Shown piece after piece: positions 36,395-49,705 of a stretch of DNA of 52,403 nucleotides. A program made the position numbers and the translations under genes. The stretch's first letter is position 1. Each line of letters starts with the position of its first letter. The notes under the pieces are model-generated. The model was not told the DNA's origin and did not search any database. It saw only the letters and a program-made list of their open reading frames with translations. Source of the DNA: Octopus bimaculoides (taxonomy: Eukaryota); the NCBI RefSeq assembly GCF_001194135.2, contig NC_068990.1:11280228-11332630 (forward strand), in the 5' to 3' direction.

Positions 36395-36641
36395 TTGGTG
36401 GGTGGCCAAAAGTCACCTGACAGTAAATCAAAACTCACTTAATTCCAAGATTAAAACAAAAAATTATTTTATAGGAGACTTCGATAATAAATAGACATAT
36501 GATGAAAAAAAAAAAAAAAGAAAATGGTGATTTTAACTCACAGCATTCAATTATTAAACATTGGAATGAATAAATAAAATTGAATATTAAGTATTTATGG
36601 AATTTTGATTTACTGTCAGGTGACTTTTGGCCAACTTTGTA
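36395..36641. mobile_element. Tc1/mariner-type MITE with 31-bp perfect TIR core
   Basis: tggccaaaagtcacctgacagtaaatcaaaa (36403-36433) is the exact reverse complement of 36603-36633. The right end is ...actttgTA; the left terminus is eroded. Confidence 0.85.
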
Positions 36642-36929
36642 TAATGAAAGACAATCCATTAATGATCGTTCATTTTGTTTTTATTGTAACAGAAATTATA
36701 GTGTCTGGTTTTCTGTCATCTTTATGACAGTAGGCTTAATTTGAGGGAAATAGGCTGCTATTTTTAACAGGTGAACCAACCACACAAATGCTCCCACACT
36801 GGCTCATTAATTATGGTAGGAACTGGATGAAACAAAAGAAATGTTACATAAGTAATTAAGAGATGGTTATGAAGCTTATGAAATAATTTTATAAAGGTGT
36901 TGATTATGTTTTGTAGTGAAACGTTTGTT

Positions 36930-37362
36930 TCTCTGTTGGAAAAGAAAGCATTATGAACCATCTTTAAACTTGTGATAATGCATGGTAGTGAAACATTTGG
37001 CATTGAATGTAGAATATGCATGAAGACAATAGAGAGATAAAGTAAGCATTTTCTGCTTGATATACAATATTTAACAGGCATGAAAGATGATACACAAGTG
37101 AAAGGAGAAAGTTGCTAAGTATTAAAGGTATTAGCTGATGCATGAAGAAGAGGTAACTGCATTGGTATGTAAATGTGATACAAATGGATAATGATTGCTG
37201 GATGAGAAAGAGCTGTATACTATCAGTGAAGGATAGCTTTCAAAGAGAAAGACGTCATAGGAAGAGGTGTTAAGACAACAAAGTATAAAGACAAGTAATG
37301 ATGTATAACAGAGCTGTCAAACTCATGCATGCATGGAAAATCGGACGTTAAAACATTGATGA
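36930..37362 (+). pseudogene. Degenerate 3' end of an RTE-clade LINE
   Basis: VIMHGSETF, LHWYVNVIQMDNDCWMRKSC and RERRHRK motifs follow the RTE pattern YGSETW...LRWxGHVxRM...RGRPRKTW. Ends catggaaaatcggacgttaaaacattgatga. Confidence 0.72.
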
Positions 37363-40318
37363 GGGTGACAATGATCTCTCATGCTCTCTTTTACTTACTC
37401 TCTCTGTCTCTCTCTCTCTCTCTCTTTCTCCTTCATATACATGGCAGCAGGATGTGTAATTAGCATATGCTACTAATATTAAACATGTATATTCAGGATG
37501 CTCTCTCATATTAAACATTATTCAAATTTTACTTTGATATATTGTTCTGCACAACTTCCTTCCACGTTGACATTATGCCATTGAGTACAAATACAATTAT
37601 AACTAAATAAAGTTGGAGTTCTTTTCAAATAAGTAAATTCTCAAGTGGTTTATGTTCTCAAGTCATTTTACATTAGTGAATACAATATTACTCTACATAA
37701 TATGATTCAAAGTGAAATGACGCCACATTAATAACTTCATTTAAATTTACAAGAAATCCATTTTCATAGCATGTACATTCCTGTTGAAATGTTCCTTCTC
37801 AATACCATCTTATATTCTTCAAAGCCCTATTATATGGCTCAGGATCCATACTTGCCTGTGAAAGGGTGGTTTTATGAAAGTCTTAAAATTTAAAGTCTTA
37901 CAAGTCATAAACAGCTTTTTCCATATGAATGAATATACCTTGGCAATAAGTGCTTTCAAAGCTACATCTCTCCACTCATTGCTCCAAAATCACTTCCATA
38001 TTGCTATAGGTACTGTCAAAATTCTTGCATTATCACCTTGCTGCATTAGTTGCAGCAAATATGATGCTAATTCTCCTTCACTGTGCGTACCTAGTGACAT
38101 TCCAGCACAGTATGCTTAGCAAACTATATTTACAACTTGAAGATGTATATTAACTATTTTGAATAAATTGAAGTCTTGGAAATAAATCAGATAAATATAT
38201 TTCAAGAATTCTATTGAGCAAGTATATTTGAAGAAGTTGCAACAGTATAGAAGCAGGAGGTAGAAAAATATTACAGTATTTAGTTTCCTCCTTATCAGCA
38301 GTTGCATGTTCAAATCTCACCAAGTCTGGCTTTTTCTTTCATTTCTCTATAAAATACATCAATCCAATGTGGGTACTGTTTATGCTCTTACTTGACTTAC
38401 TAGAAAAAACTCTAAGATCTTTTGCAAATCTCAATATAACATCTTAAAACAGAAAAAGTACATGCGTGATGTAATAATAGCACATATTCCATAAAAGGTC
38501 AGGATGGACTTATAATAAAAGTCTTTGATCAGAGTTCTAAACAGGGGCTAAGCAGCAACAACAGAATAAGACAAATGTAAAGAATATTACTGGGTTGGAT
38601 TCAGTAGACTAAATCATCCCACACAAGCATCGTTCAGATGTTGAAAGAAGAAAGTGTTTTAAATAAATATATCAGTTGGATTTCAATAAACTGCATTAAT
38701 ACAACAGCATGAATTCAAACATCATTGTATTATCTTTGTAGTTTATCCTTCTAGGGTTAGTAAAATAAATACCCATTTTGTACATATGACCTGCTTCCTC
38801 GAAAATATTTGTCTTTTACTTATAAGAACATTCTGTATCCCAGACCATCTGAAATAGACTATATAAAAGAAATAATAAGTATAAAAAAGGAAATAAATTA
38901 TCGATGTTACAAGATGATAATTTTTAAGATATATAAGTAAAAAACAAGAGGGCTTAGGGGTCGTTTATCTTTCCTTATTCCTCTTATAATTTTATTTCCT
39001 TTTACTTAACAAGTGTTTAAAATCTTGCTTGGAATTTTACTGACAGAAGCAAATGTAATCATGTCTTCCAGTCCTTTCTCCCTAGAGCAGCTCCCCTTTG
39101 GAATTCATTCTGTTCTCCTAACAGTTTCGCTACCAGACTGAGAAAATCTGAATTCCAAAACTAAGTTCTTGCCATAGATATGGGTGCAAAAGAGTTTGCG
39201 GGAAAATTTGATCATGATCTCGTGAAGTGGCTTTCAGTTTCTGGAACAAAGAGAAGCAGAGTTCTTAAGGCAATGGCAGAAAATGAGATGAGTCTAGTCA
39301 AGGCAAAATGGAAATGAATTTCAAAAGGTGTAAATTACCCTACAATCAACTGGTTTCTTCATTTGAACTGGTTGCAGCATGTAACTTTGGATATAGCACA
39401 CCTTAACCATAGAAGAAGGCTACAATGTCGACAATGGCACAGAATATGACAGCAGAAGGGTATTCAAGAGTCATAACCAGCATGCAGTCTGCCCCCACCC
39501 TCTTAGAATCTAAAGAGTTAAAGGCCTAAATACTTGCATGGGTGTGGTTTCATCTCTGAAGTCTTGCTTCTGTTCAGTTCTCCCTTGTGTAACTTGGAAT
39601 TTTTCTGCAGTTATGAAGTAAACATTTGTTCAAATAGAACAGTCATTACATCAATCTCACCAGTCCTTGACGGTCCATGAAGGCCACATGAGTGGCTCTC
39701 CTCCTCCAGACCAACCTCATAACAAAAACAATAAAACAAACGAACAAAAATTTACTTCAAAACATGTTTTTATTATTTTTACAATATTTACATTCATGAT
39801 GGACTGATGTTTACATTAAGAGAATATCAGATAACAATAGTTAATCCACAAAGTGTCTCTTCTATTTATTAAAATAATGAAAATATCATTAATCATTAAC
39901 TAAGAATTTCATTCTGTCATCAATTCATAATTATTTCCAGTTAGCTTTTTAATTCTGTGGTCGTTAAATATGTTCATACTAAATCAATGATTCTCAAACT
40001 GACAAATATCAAACCCAGCTCCACCCGAAAATAATAATTATGAAAGTTTTCACTTCTCTACTCATCTTTATTAATGAGAAGCTGAAATATAGCCTGCATT
40101 GTTATAATTCTTTTTTACTTGACCATGGTGTTGGACATCTTTAAAAAGTTTTAAAACATCTTAATTTTATTAAACATGGCAATTTATCTGACCCTTTACA
40201 ATTTCACAGGTTTTCCATCATATAAACACACACTATGCTAACTTAACTATTGAGTTTTTGAGCAGATGTCTCTTAATAGTTTCTTAGCAGACAAACGGAG
40301 ACAGACCGTCATTTAAAA

Positions 40319-40555
40319 CAATGATTCTCAGCCCTTTTTTTGCCTGTGGATCCCTTTAATTCCTATTTTACTCAGATGGATCTTCATAGCCACTCAATGC
40401 TTAAAAATGCTATTAAACTTTTATAATTAAATATTATTAGGAATTGTATAAAAAATTATTAAAATATTTTGCGAATTGTAGAAGAATAACCAATTTCTAA
40501 TAACAAAATCATATGGATGCCCAAAGGCCATACAGACCTTGGTTGAGAACAACTG
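40319..40555. mobile_element. hAT (Charlie/Buster-type) MITE
   Basis: Ends CAATGATTCTCAGCC / GGTTGAGAACAACTG (cf. CAGTGGTTCTCAACC). 8-bp TSD atttaaaa (40311-18) / atttaaag (40556-63). Confidence 0.85.
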
Positions 40556-40691
40556 ATTTAAAGCATAAGATATAATGTTACAATCTCTCACAGTTGTTGG
40601 CCCACAAATCTTATATTAGCAGGACCTCAGTCTGTTAAAACTGTTACCAAGTGTCCTGTGATCTTTGATCATGCCACAAAATTGTCAGTTT

Positions 40692-41690
40692 ACTAAGCAA
40701 CAAAGTTTTGTTAGAGAAGACCAAATAGGTGTTCCTAACTAATGTGGGTTTGCTGATTTCAAATCTATAATTAGATTTTTTCTATTGCATCTAGATTTTG
40801 TGTAAAATGCAAATCGCTCAGTAAAATTTCTTACTATGTCCAGATTTTAGTTTTAATTGACTTAATGCCAGTACTATGAAACTTGCTTTGCAAGGTTAAA
40901 ACAATTTTTGTTTGCCAACTGTAAGCAAATTCTAACGATTTTGATCAATAGAATTTATCCCAAGTTGGCAACACTAAGTTAAGAACACAGTATCAGTCCA
41001 ACGGTCAGTTGCTACATGAGAGTCAAGTAGAGTGGTTGTTGAAGACAGTGGTTCATCTGAAGATTCTGTTAGTGATACAGAAATAGGGAATGATGGCATA
41101 TATGTCCCAGATGCAAGTAGTTCCCCACATTTACCAAGTCAGGTAGGTGTTAAATGACTTAGTGCATGATTTGGAATTACCAAAAGAAAAGCAGAGTTGC
41201 TTGGTTCCAGACTTCAAGAATGGAATTTTCTCCAGCCAAACACCAAAGATTCCCATTTCTGCTATTGTCAGCTGCAGTTTTCACCATTTTGCTTACAGGA
41301 AGAAAACATTTGTTTCTGCCATGATATCAGTGACCTGATGGAAAGGATTGATTTTCATTATAATCCAAAAGAATGGTGACCGTTCAATGACTTTATTAAA
41401 GCTAGCCTTAAAGCTATATTATTGCACAACAGCAATGAAAACTCTTCAATACCTGTGGCACATGCCACTGGCCTTAATGAGACTTATGAATCAATGAAAC
41501 TGCTGCTAAGACTTATCAAATATAAGGGCTACATGTAATATTTGTAGCAGCCTTGAATTTGTATCATTATTTTGGGGGTTACAGCTGAGCTACACAAAGC
41601 ACATGTGCTTTTTGTGTCTATGAAACAGCAGAGATGACAAAAACCACTACAAAAAAACAGGGAAATCTAGAACTAAACATATTGTTGATA
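40692..41690 (+). pseudogene. Chapaev3-like (CMC superfamily) transposase remnant
   Basis: LNDLVHDLELPKEKAELLGSRLQEWNFL, YNPKEW*, SLKAILLHNSN, SIPVAH, ETYESMKLLL, LQLSYTKHMCFLCL*NSRDDKNHYKK, read across frameshifts. Family assignment is from recalled motifs. Confidence 0.75.
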
Positions 41691-41844
41691 AATCATCATC
41701 ATCATCATCATTTTCATTTAACGTCCCCTTTCCATGCTAGCATGGGTTGGATGATTTGACTGGGGACTGGCTAACTGGATGGCTACACTAGATTCCACAA
41801 ATCTGCTGGCATAGTGCCAAAATTTCAAACCAATATTTTGCTGT

Positions 41845-43075
41845 TCAAGCAAAGTTTGGAAGCATCCATCCTATGGTCTTTTCTGTAAGAGAGATAACCA
41901 TCTTCACCTGTTTAAGTATCCTTGATAAAACATCTTGAAAAAATAATTAAGGCATTTATTACCATTCAAATATAGTGAATTACTGTTGAGGGCAGCCCAG
42001 GGACTATAGACCATTTGGTTTTTAATAATATTCAAGAGCATGTTTCTCCCTTCTAGGTTCTTCAGGCTTTCCTGATATGACAAGCATCTGACAAGCGCTT
42101 TGTCATCTTTTTTTACCAATTGATGGTATCAGGGAAATCTGATCAATCCCGATTATATTTAGCAATCAAATCCTTCATGTTTGACAGCTTCAAGTGAAAA
42201 ACTATGGCTGTGAGATCATGCCCGGGAATGTTATACTGGCTTGGAAAGATTCCTTCTTGAATTTCTTTCCATTTAAAATTGCAAGTGGGGGTCATGTAGG
42301 ATTCTGGGTGCCCAGGGAAAATACATCATTGTGTTTGTAGCAAGGGTCACAAATAGAACTTGAAGAGAGAATGCAATGCTATGCAAGCTCTTCTTCAGTT
42401 ACACCATTAATAAATGTATCTTCCAGATACCTTTCAGAGTTTGTTCTCAGTTTTTCCTCATAAGTTCCAATGCAACACAATATTTCACACTGCCTCTTAG
42501 CAAATATGTCCACTACAAAATGGATAAAGAATGTTTGACTTCAATGCAGACTAGAAGAAACTATCTGAACCGTGTAGGAACAGACATAGAAATCTGTACA
42601 TGAGATTGATTTTGAAGAATTTTATTCAGCCTGTGGTATTCCAAAGTGATATCCAATTTCAGTGTTTACTTAAAGAAGAAGAGATTGCAGCACATCAGAA
42701 AATCTATGTGTCTCATTCATATTTTTGAAAGAGCTATTTTTACACTTCAGAAGAATGTCTCTTCTCTTTTGTCATGTGATTTTCTATTCACAGTGACAGA
42801 TATTTCATTACATTCCAATGCATTGAAATGGTGGGCATGTTCTCTCTTGAGGGATTCTTCCCATTTACATCAATAAAAATTTGTAACTCCAAGGTGGATT
42901 TAAACTCCAGGGCACACTTGAAACTTCTAACACAGCTGTTCTTTACATGTACCATCTCTTTCAGTCTCTCCTAATCTTTCTTTCTCCTACATTTTCTGTT
43001 CTCATATTTCTCCCATTCTCTTCATCTTGTTTACATTTCCATATTTACTCACACTTGAATTCGGCATGAGAGCTC
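41845..43075 (-). pseudogene. Helitron RepHel remnant (helitron_like_N / Rep region)
   Basis: VRSFKCALE, EHAHHFNALECNE, NETHRFSDVLQ, GYHFGI, ISCTDFY, HFVVDIFAK, TCNFKWKEIQE, HDLTAIVFHLKL, IIKNQMVYSPW and TGEDGY occur in the correct Helitron order. Confidence 0.85.
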
Positions 43076-43859
43076 ATATCTGGAAATTTCTTTTGTTTTT
43101 CTTTTACCTAGCAATTATATATAACTAAAGTAATTGTTTTCAGTTCATACTTAACTTAAATTTTTATTACGATATAGAATCACTAATGAAAGGCAATACT
43201 ATAACTGGTTATGACTCTTATTTGAACTTGCATCCACAAGATTTAATTTTACACTTATATTAAGTAAAATAAATTTTAAAAGGCAACCACAAAAAATGAA
43301 AGGGAAAGCAGGAGTTGGTAATGACATGTGATAGAGAGACAGGCAGATTTGCAGTAAAAAAGTTAATAAAGAAGAGAAAAAAGATGAGAAATAAAGACAC
43401 CAAGAGACAAAGAAATGAGAAAGAAAAGAAGTGAAGGAAGGTTTGATGTTGCTTGTAGCAAAACAGAGAAGAACAAAGACAAGAAAAGAAAGATCAAAGA
43501 AAATGAATAAATGGGTGGGGAGAGAGATTTAGAGAGAGAGAGGTACCAACATTTAGAAGAAGCTGAAGAAGGGGTTGAATAGTAAAACAAGGAGATTCAG
43601 CTCTATGGTTGCAGGAGAACACTAGCATTAGTTGTATACCAAAATGAGAGAGACGAAAAAGGTAGACTCACACATGTGTGTTTGCATGCATGAGCACACA
43701 TACACACACACACACACACATACACACAAACAACCAAATGTTCTTGCTTATATAATAAATTCTTTCCCTGGTTTCAATCCACAGACAGTAGCCCTTTTAG
43801 GGCACCACCTTAAGTTGTAAAATCAATTCATATCAGCCTTACTACATGTTTCAAATATA

Positions 43860-44081
43860 TTTTTTCCTTTATTTTTTTTTATTCTTTTATTTGTTTCAGT
43901 CATTTCACTGCGACCATGCTGGAGCACCACCTTGAAATGTTTTAGTTGAACAATTCGACCCCAGGACTTATTCTTTGCAAGCCTAGTACTTATTCTATCA
44001 GTCTTTTTTGCCAAACCACTAAGTTAGGGGACATAAACACACCAGCATCAGTTGTCAAGTGAAAGGTGGGGGACAAACACA

Positions 44082-44120
<39 letters not shown>

Positions 44121-44240
44121 CCAAAGATAAACAAAGTACTTGGCAGTTTCCATCTGCTAAATTTCCCTGATGAGGAATTGTTCAGCCCAAGGTGTCTTGC
44201 CCTGGAGCTCGACATAAAACACATGCCAGTGAAGCTAATC
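43860..44240 (-). mobile_element. SINE family 1 copy
   Basis: 3' half is a clear match; 5' half is diverged. Confidence 0.78.
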
Positions 44241-44436
44241 TCTTTGACACACAACTTGCCTCTTGGTATCATATCTAATATAATCTTATAACCTTTCAAA
44301 AACCTTACCTGTATATACCTTAACTGAATTCTAAGGCAGTTTTAAAATATTTAACAATTCAATCTACTAACAATAGTATAGAAATAGACAGTTATATCAA
44401 ATGTCTTGTCAATTTTCTATAACTAATGATATATAT

Positions 44437-44750
44437 GGAGTGGTTGTGTGGTAAGTAGCTTGCTTATGAACCACATGGTTCCGCGTTCAGTCCCACTACA
44501 TGGCACTTTGGGCAAGTGTCTTCTACTATAGCCATGGGCTGATCAAAGCCTTGTGAGTGGATTTGGTAGATGGAAACTGAAAGAAGCTCGTTACTCTCTG
44601 AGTGGTTGGCGTTAGGAAGGGCATCCAGCTGTAGAAACTCTGCCAAATTAGATTGGAGCCTGGTGTTGCCATCCGGTTTCACCAGTCCTCAGTCAAATCG
44701 TCCAACCCATGCTAGCATAGAAAGCAGACGTTAAACGATGATGATGATGA

Positions 44751-44788
<38 letters not shown>

Positions 44789-45010
44789 GTGTGTGTGTGT
44801 GAGTGTGTGCCTCTGTTTGTCTCCTTACCATTGCTTGACAACCAATGCTGGCGTATTTACGTCCCCGTAGTGGTTCGGCAAAAGAAAACCTATAGAATAA
44901 GTACTAGGCTTACAAAGAATAAGTCCTGGAGTCAATTTGTTTGACTAAAGTCAGTGCTCCAGCATGGCTGCAGTCAAATGACTGCAACAAATAAAAGAGT
45001 AGAAGAGTAG
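44437..45010 (+). mobile_element. SINE family 1 copy with a family 3 tail nested at 44596-44755
   Basis: Head ggagtggttgtgtggtaag to gaaagaagctcg, then an insert ending (GAT)n, then the (TA)/(TG) tract and the family 1 tail. Confidence 0.85.
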
Positions 45011-45034
45011 AATGTATATATGTATATATATTTA

Positions 45035-45385
45035 TGTGTTGCCTCCTAGCACTTGTGCTGGTGGGACATTTCAAAAATCATTCGAGCGAGGTCGTTGCCA
45101 GTGCCGCTTGACTGGCTCCCGTGCAGGTGGCACATAAAAAATATCTTTTTGAGCATGGCCGTTGCCAGTACCGTGTAACTGGCCCTCGTGCCAGTTGCAT
45201 GTAAAAGCACCCACTACACTCTCAAAGTGGTTGGCATTAGGAAGGGCATCCAGTTGTAGAAACTCTGCCAGATCAGATTGGAGCCTGGTTCAGCCTTCTG
45301 GCTTGCCTGTCTTCAGTGAAATCGTCCAACCGATGCTAGCATGGAAAGTGGACGTTAAACGATGATGATTATGATGATGATGATG
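45035..45385 (+). mobile_element. SINE-like family 3 copy
   Basis: Subrepeats, then ggttggcattaggaagggcatccag...gacgttaaacgatgatgat. Confidence 0.82.
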
Positions 45386-45691
45386 ATATATATATATATA
45401 TATATATATATAGTAATCTATTAAATTAAAATGTATAATTTATGTATTTTAAAATCAGTCTGGCTCATGGTCGTGGCAGAGAAAACAGAGAAGGTGTTGC
45501 TCTGGAAAATGGCAAGAACAATGAACTGAAGCAACCACTATGATTCAAGTGCTTGTACTTGCAGTTAACTACCTCCACATCACAAAAGCAATGAGCAGGG
45601 ATCTTATACAGTGGCCAACAATACCAGAGATCTCCACTGTCACAGGCTCAGCAACAAACCTTTCAGAGAGCTTCTGATATTTTGGCAGGTA

Positions 45692-45950
45692 ATCATCATC
45701 ATCATCATCAACATCAGTATCTAACATCCATTTCCCATGCTGGCATGGGTTGGACAGCTTGACAGGAGCTGACACGGTCAGGGGCCCCACCAGGTTCCAT
45801 AGTCTGTTTTGGCCTGTTTTCTACAGCTGGATGCCCTTCCTCACACCAACCACTCCACAGAGTGTACTTTCTATGTGACACCAGCACCAACACCATTGCT
45901 TTTTATGTGACACCAGCACCTGCACCATTGCTTTTTATGTGACACCTTTA
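45692..45950 (-). mobile_element. SINE-like family 3 variant
   Basis: catcatc...cccatgctggcatgggttggacag...ctacagctggatgcccttcc. Confidence 0.75.
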
Positions 45951-46537
45951 CTGGAAAAAATTCTTTCTAATGTATCTTTGAAAATTGATCACTTTATATT
46001 CTATATCTGTCCAGTTATCTTTGACCAGAGCTAAACAGCTTTTTATCTTTATTTCATAGTTAAAGTGCATAATTTTGAGAAGCAAACACTTTTAGCACTT
46101 TTTAATATATTTTTTATTTCATCCTAAGTTTAAAGATTTTGCAATGGCGCTAAAAACATTTATCCAAATGATTTTTGTAAACTACAATCAACAGAATCAT
46201 GGGTTAAATTAGCATAATGGAGAATGAAAAAAATATTGAATATGTAGACTTCAAGGAGAAATATGGAAAAACGACTTGCATGTGATGATAAAGAATCACT
46301 GTCTCGAAGTGTTAATCGCATATCAAAAATGCAATAGAGTCTGATAATTCTTCAGATCTATAAACTATTATGTTTCTAGAAATACTGGGAAAGCATTGTG
46401 CAAATACTAAGACCATGCATGAATTTGCTATAAACTTCTGTAACTGACTCTTAGCACCGAAGTGACAATAAAAGTACCGTCCATTGCTGTTATGCTAACA
46501 AAATACTGGCTTATAGCAAGATTAGAATGATTCTGTT

Positions 46538-46960
46538 GGAACACAGATGTGTGTGAGTGTGTATGTGTTTGTGTATGTGTGTGTGTGTGTGTTTGTGTGT
46601 GTGTGCTTGTGTGTGTGTATGTGTGTGTGTGTGTGTGCTTTTGTGTGTGTGTATGTTTGTGTGTGCTTGTGTGTGTGTGTATGTACATAAACACTCATTC
46701 ACATATATGCACACATGTATGTGTGTTTATATACATATATATTATGCAGACATATATGTGATTGTATGTGTGTGAGTGTGTGTATATGTATCTGTGAGTG
46801 CATGTGGGCGTATGTATATGTATACCCTCTTAAATGACCAGTTGTATATTTATATCATGTGCACGTACACATATGCCCACACACACACATAAGCATATGT
46901 ATATGTGCCTGTGTGTATATGCATACACTTATACAGACATGTATGTATGTATGTAGGTAG
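46538..46960. repeat. Degenerate (TG)n/(TATG)n microsatellite
   Basis: Directly visible. Confidence 0.93.
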
Positions 46961-47482
46961 ATATGGGTGACAAAGTAATGGTGCATGTAAAAAGTGAGAG
47001 ATATAGAGCAATGACTTGAAAAGGTTTGAGTGAAAGAGAAGTAACGTATATAGGAGGAAGGGAGTTGGGGCTAGACAGTGATAGATGAAAGACACACAAA
47101 GGAAATCGAGGCTACAGATACTGAGACAGATAGACAGAGAAAAAATTTGCATTTACAGTCAGATATATTTATTCAGATTTGTCTTCTGCATATCAGAATC
47201 ACAATAAATTCTCTGCTAGATTTATTTTTAATCTCACAAATAGAGCCACGTTTTCCTCAATAAATCAGACTCATGTACAGACATCTAAAGATCCCATGCT
47301 GACATTTATTTCTTGAATTATAGAAAAGGAAAAACTGAATTCAGATATATTTTGGTCATGAGGTTAAGCAGACCAACTTGTATATCAAGAGACAAGATCA
47401 AAGCAAGTCTTTTATTGAGTGAAAATATCATTACTTCTGTTGCTACTACTGCTGCTGCTGTTACTGTTGTTACTGTTAATAG

Positions 47483-47547
<65 letters not shown>

Positions 47548-47896
47548 CTGATGAGGTTATTACATATCTGTATTGAGAACTATCTATGTGGTGTTCCTCA
47601 TAGGAAATATAGCTGATGCTCTATGTTGACATATATATATATATGTATATATATAAATGCATCGTACAATATAAGTGTCCCTTTGTGACTATTTATCTAT
47701 CTGTCAATATGCATATGAATACATTAATGTATCCATATTTGTGTGTATACGTATGCATGTGCACCTATGTATGTACATATATATTATATTATATTACACA
47801 CAGACACACACACACACGTACAGAAAGAACTACCAATAATTTCATGCAGTAAAATACAATATACTAACAACATGCCATGTGTCTGAAAACAATGTT

Positions 47897-48092
47897 TCAG
47901 GATCAGTGCATACCACTAGACCTATTTATAAAACAGGGCAAAGATCTTGGTTTTCTTTCTTTCCTTTTCTTCTTCCTTATTCCACTTTTTGAATAGACCT
48001 TCTTCAAGCTTTTCTTCACTTTTATTCTCATGTTTTCTCATAGACCAGCTTCCTGGTTTTCAAATAGGTCTAATGGTATGCACTGAGCCTGA
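47897..48092. mobile_element. MITE with ~41-bp TIRs (PIF/Harbinger-like by inference)
   Basis: tcaggatcagtgcataccactagacctatttataaaacagg (47897-47937) versus the reverse complement of 48052-48092 (tcaggctcagtgcataccattagacctatttgaaaaccagg). Confidence 0.78.
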
Positions 48093-48370
48093 TAAAAGCT
48101 TAGAAACACATGACCTATTATATAAATCTGCCAAATTGTTGTAATTGTGCAGCAGGAAATTATTAGTAGCTCTTTTTAAATTGCTTATATTAAATGATAT
48201 TTATCTCTCACTGGCTAGAATACTGTTTTTGCTGATCCTGCCAATAAAGGNNNNNNNNNNNNNNNNNNNNNNNNNNNNNNNNNNNNNNNNNNNNNNNNNN
48301 NNNNNNNNNNNNNNNNNNNNNNNNNNNNNNNNNNNNNNNNNNNNNNNNNNNNNNNNNNNNNNNNNNNNNN

Positions 48371-48415
<45 letters not shown>

Positions 48416-48444
48416 GTATGTATATGTATGTATATATGTATGTA

Positions 48445-48900
48445 TACATCATCATCTAATGTCCGTTTTCCATACTACCACAGGTTGGACAATTTGACAG
48501 GAGCTGACCAGCTGAAGAACTGTCTGGCTTCCATGTCTGTTTTGGCATGGTTTCATTGGCTGGGTGCTTTTACACAACAGCAGCATGGGTGCTTTTATGT
48601 GGCACTAGCACTGGTACATTTTACATGGCACCAACACCCACAATCCCACAAGATTAGGATCACTCAGCTGAAGAGGGATGTAGGGGAATGCCTGTATGCA
48701 AGAAAGACCCTGTATTTACTTAGCTTGATGTGTCTTCTTAAGCACAGAAAACTGCTAGAGGTCTTGGTCCTCCATCATTTCCCCTGTAAGATACATCTGA
48801 AGATCCTTTCTCAACGTTTTGTCCCACATCTTCCTGGGTCTACCCCTTCCACATGTGTACCCCACATCCAATATTGTAGATATATATCATCTCACCACTT
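48445..48900 (-). mobile_element. 3' end of an RTE-clade LINE (ORF C-terminus plus 3' UTR ending (GAT)n)
   Basis: GTCGRGRPRKMWDKTLRKDL...MEDQDL*QFSVLKKT (RTE C-terminal motif), then ...catggacggacattagatgatgatg-type tail. Confidence 0.85.
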
Positions 48901-49544
48901 CATCATTGTTTTAATATTATCTTTCCGTGTGCATACTTTTATCTCTTAGCTTTAGAATACCTCCCAATTTCAAGGTAAATTTCATGGCCTGACCCTTTTT
49001 GTTTGATTCTTGCTTTAAGACTGTTGCCTTACAGTAATTTTTGACTTCTATTATTGAAAAGACACAATAGTAGAAATTCAATATCACAATTCTAGTTCCC
49101 CATTGGGATCAATAAGGCTAAATTTACATTAACAAGATATCTCTGATTAATATATGTCAAGTAAATAACTGCATTTACTCCAGTTTGGGGAATATAAATA
49201 AAATATTGATGGATTTTAATTTATCAATATATCTCTTTCTCTCTGTAATTCTATGTAAAGAATCATTGCTCTATTATGATCTGTAAGCTTTACTGTTCTA
49301 TTTAATTATAATAAGGACTGAAATTCTCAGCTGGATTATATGATAGTCTACTTGGCTATTTAATATTCAAAAGCTGCAAATCAATGCAACTATAAGTCAT
49401 TTAGCAGGATGATGTCATTATCCAAAGACCAAAGTGAAAATTCTTAGCTCACAATAAACTTGTCTACAAATGTCATCCACATTTTAACTTTTACATTTCT
49501 AAGCTTACAAGGATCAGAAGGAGATTATTAAAGCACATTTTTTA

Positions 49545-49705
49545 TTGGTGGATGCCCTTCCTGTCACCAACCCTCACCTGTTGCCATGTAAGGTATCATT
49601 TCCTCATGGACCAGAAATGTTCTCACAGAATATAGGAAATAAACGACACTGCATATACGAGAGTGACATTCATTTACAACTATCCCACAATGTCATGGCA
49701 AGGAG
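49545..49705 (-). mobile_element. Fragment related to the family 3/RTE tail
   Basis: tggatgcccttcctgtcaccaacc shared motif. Confidence 0.55.

Noticed and set aside
37480-38130. Faint RTE-like AP-endonuclease motifs on the minus strand (ILCWNV, YENGFL)
   Set aside because: Too decayed to support without profile searches.
39000-39720. Possible CR1/L2-like remnant (PANSFAPIS, EQNEFQR)
   Set aside because: Only isolated weak motifs amid many stops.
44166-44200. Other CTGATGA heptamers (about 44167, 5467, 1733) as hammerheads
   Set aside because: No stem II plus GAAA arrangement or closing stem I.
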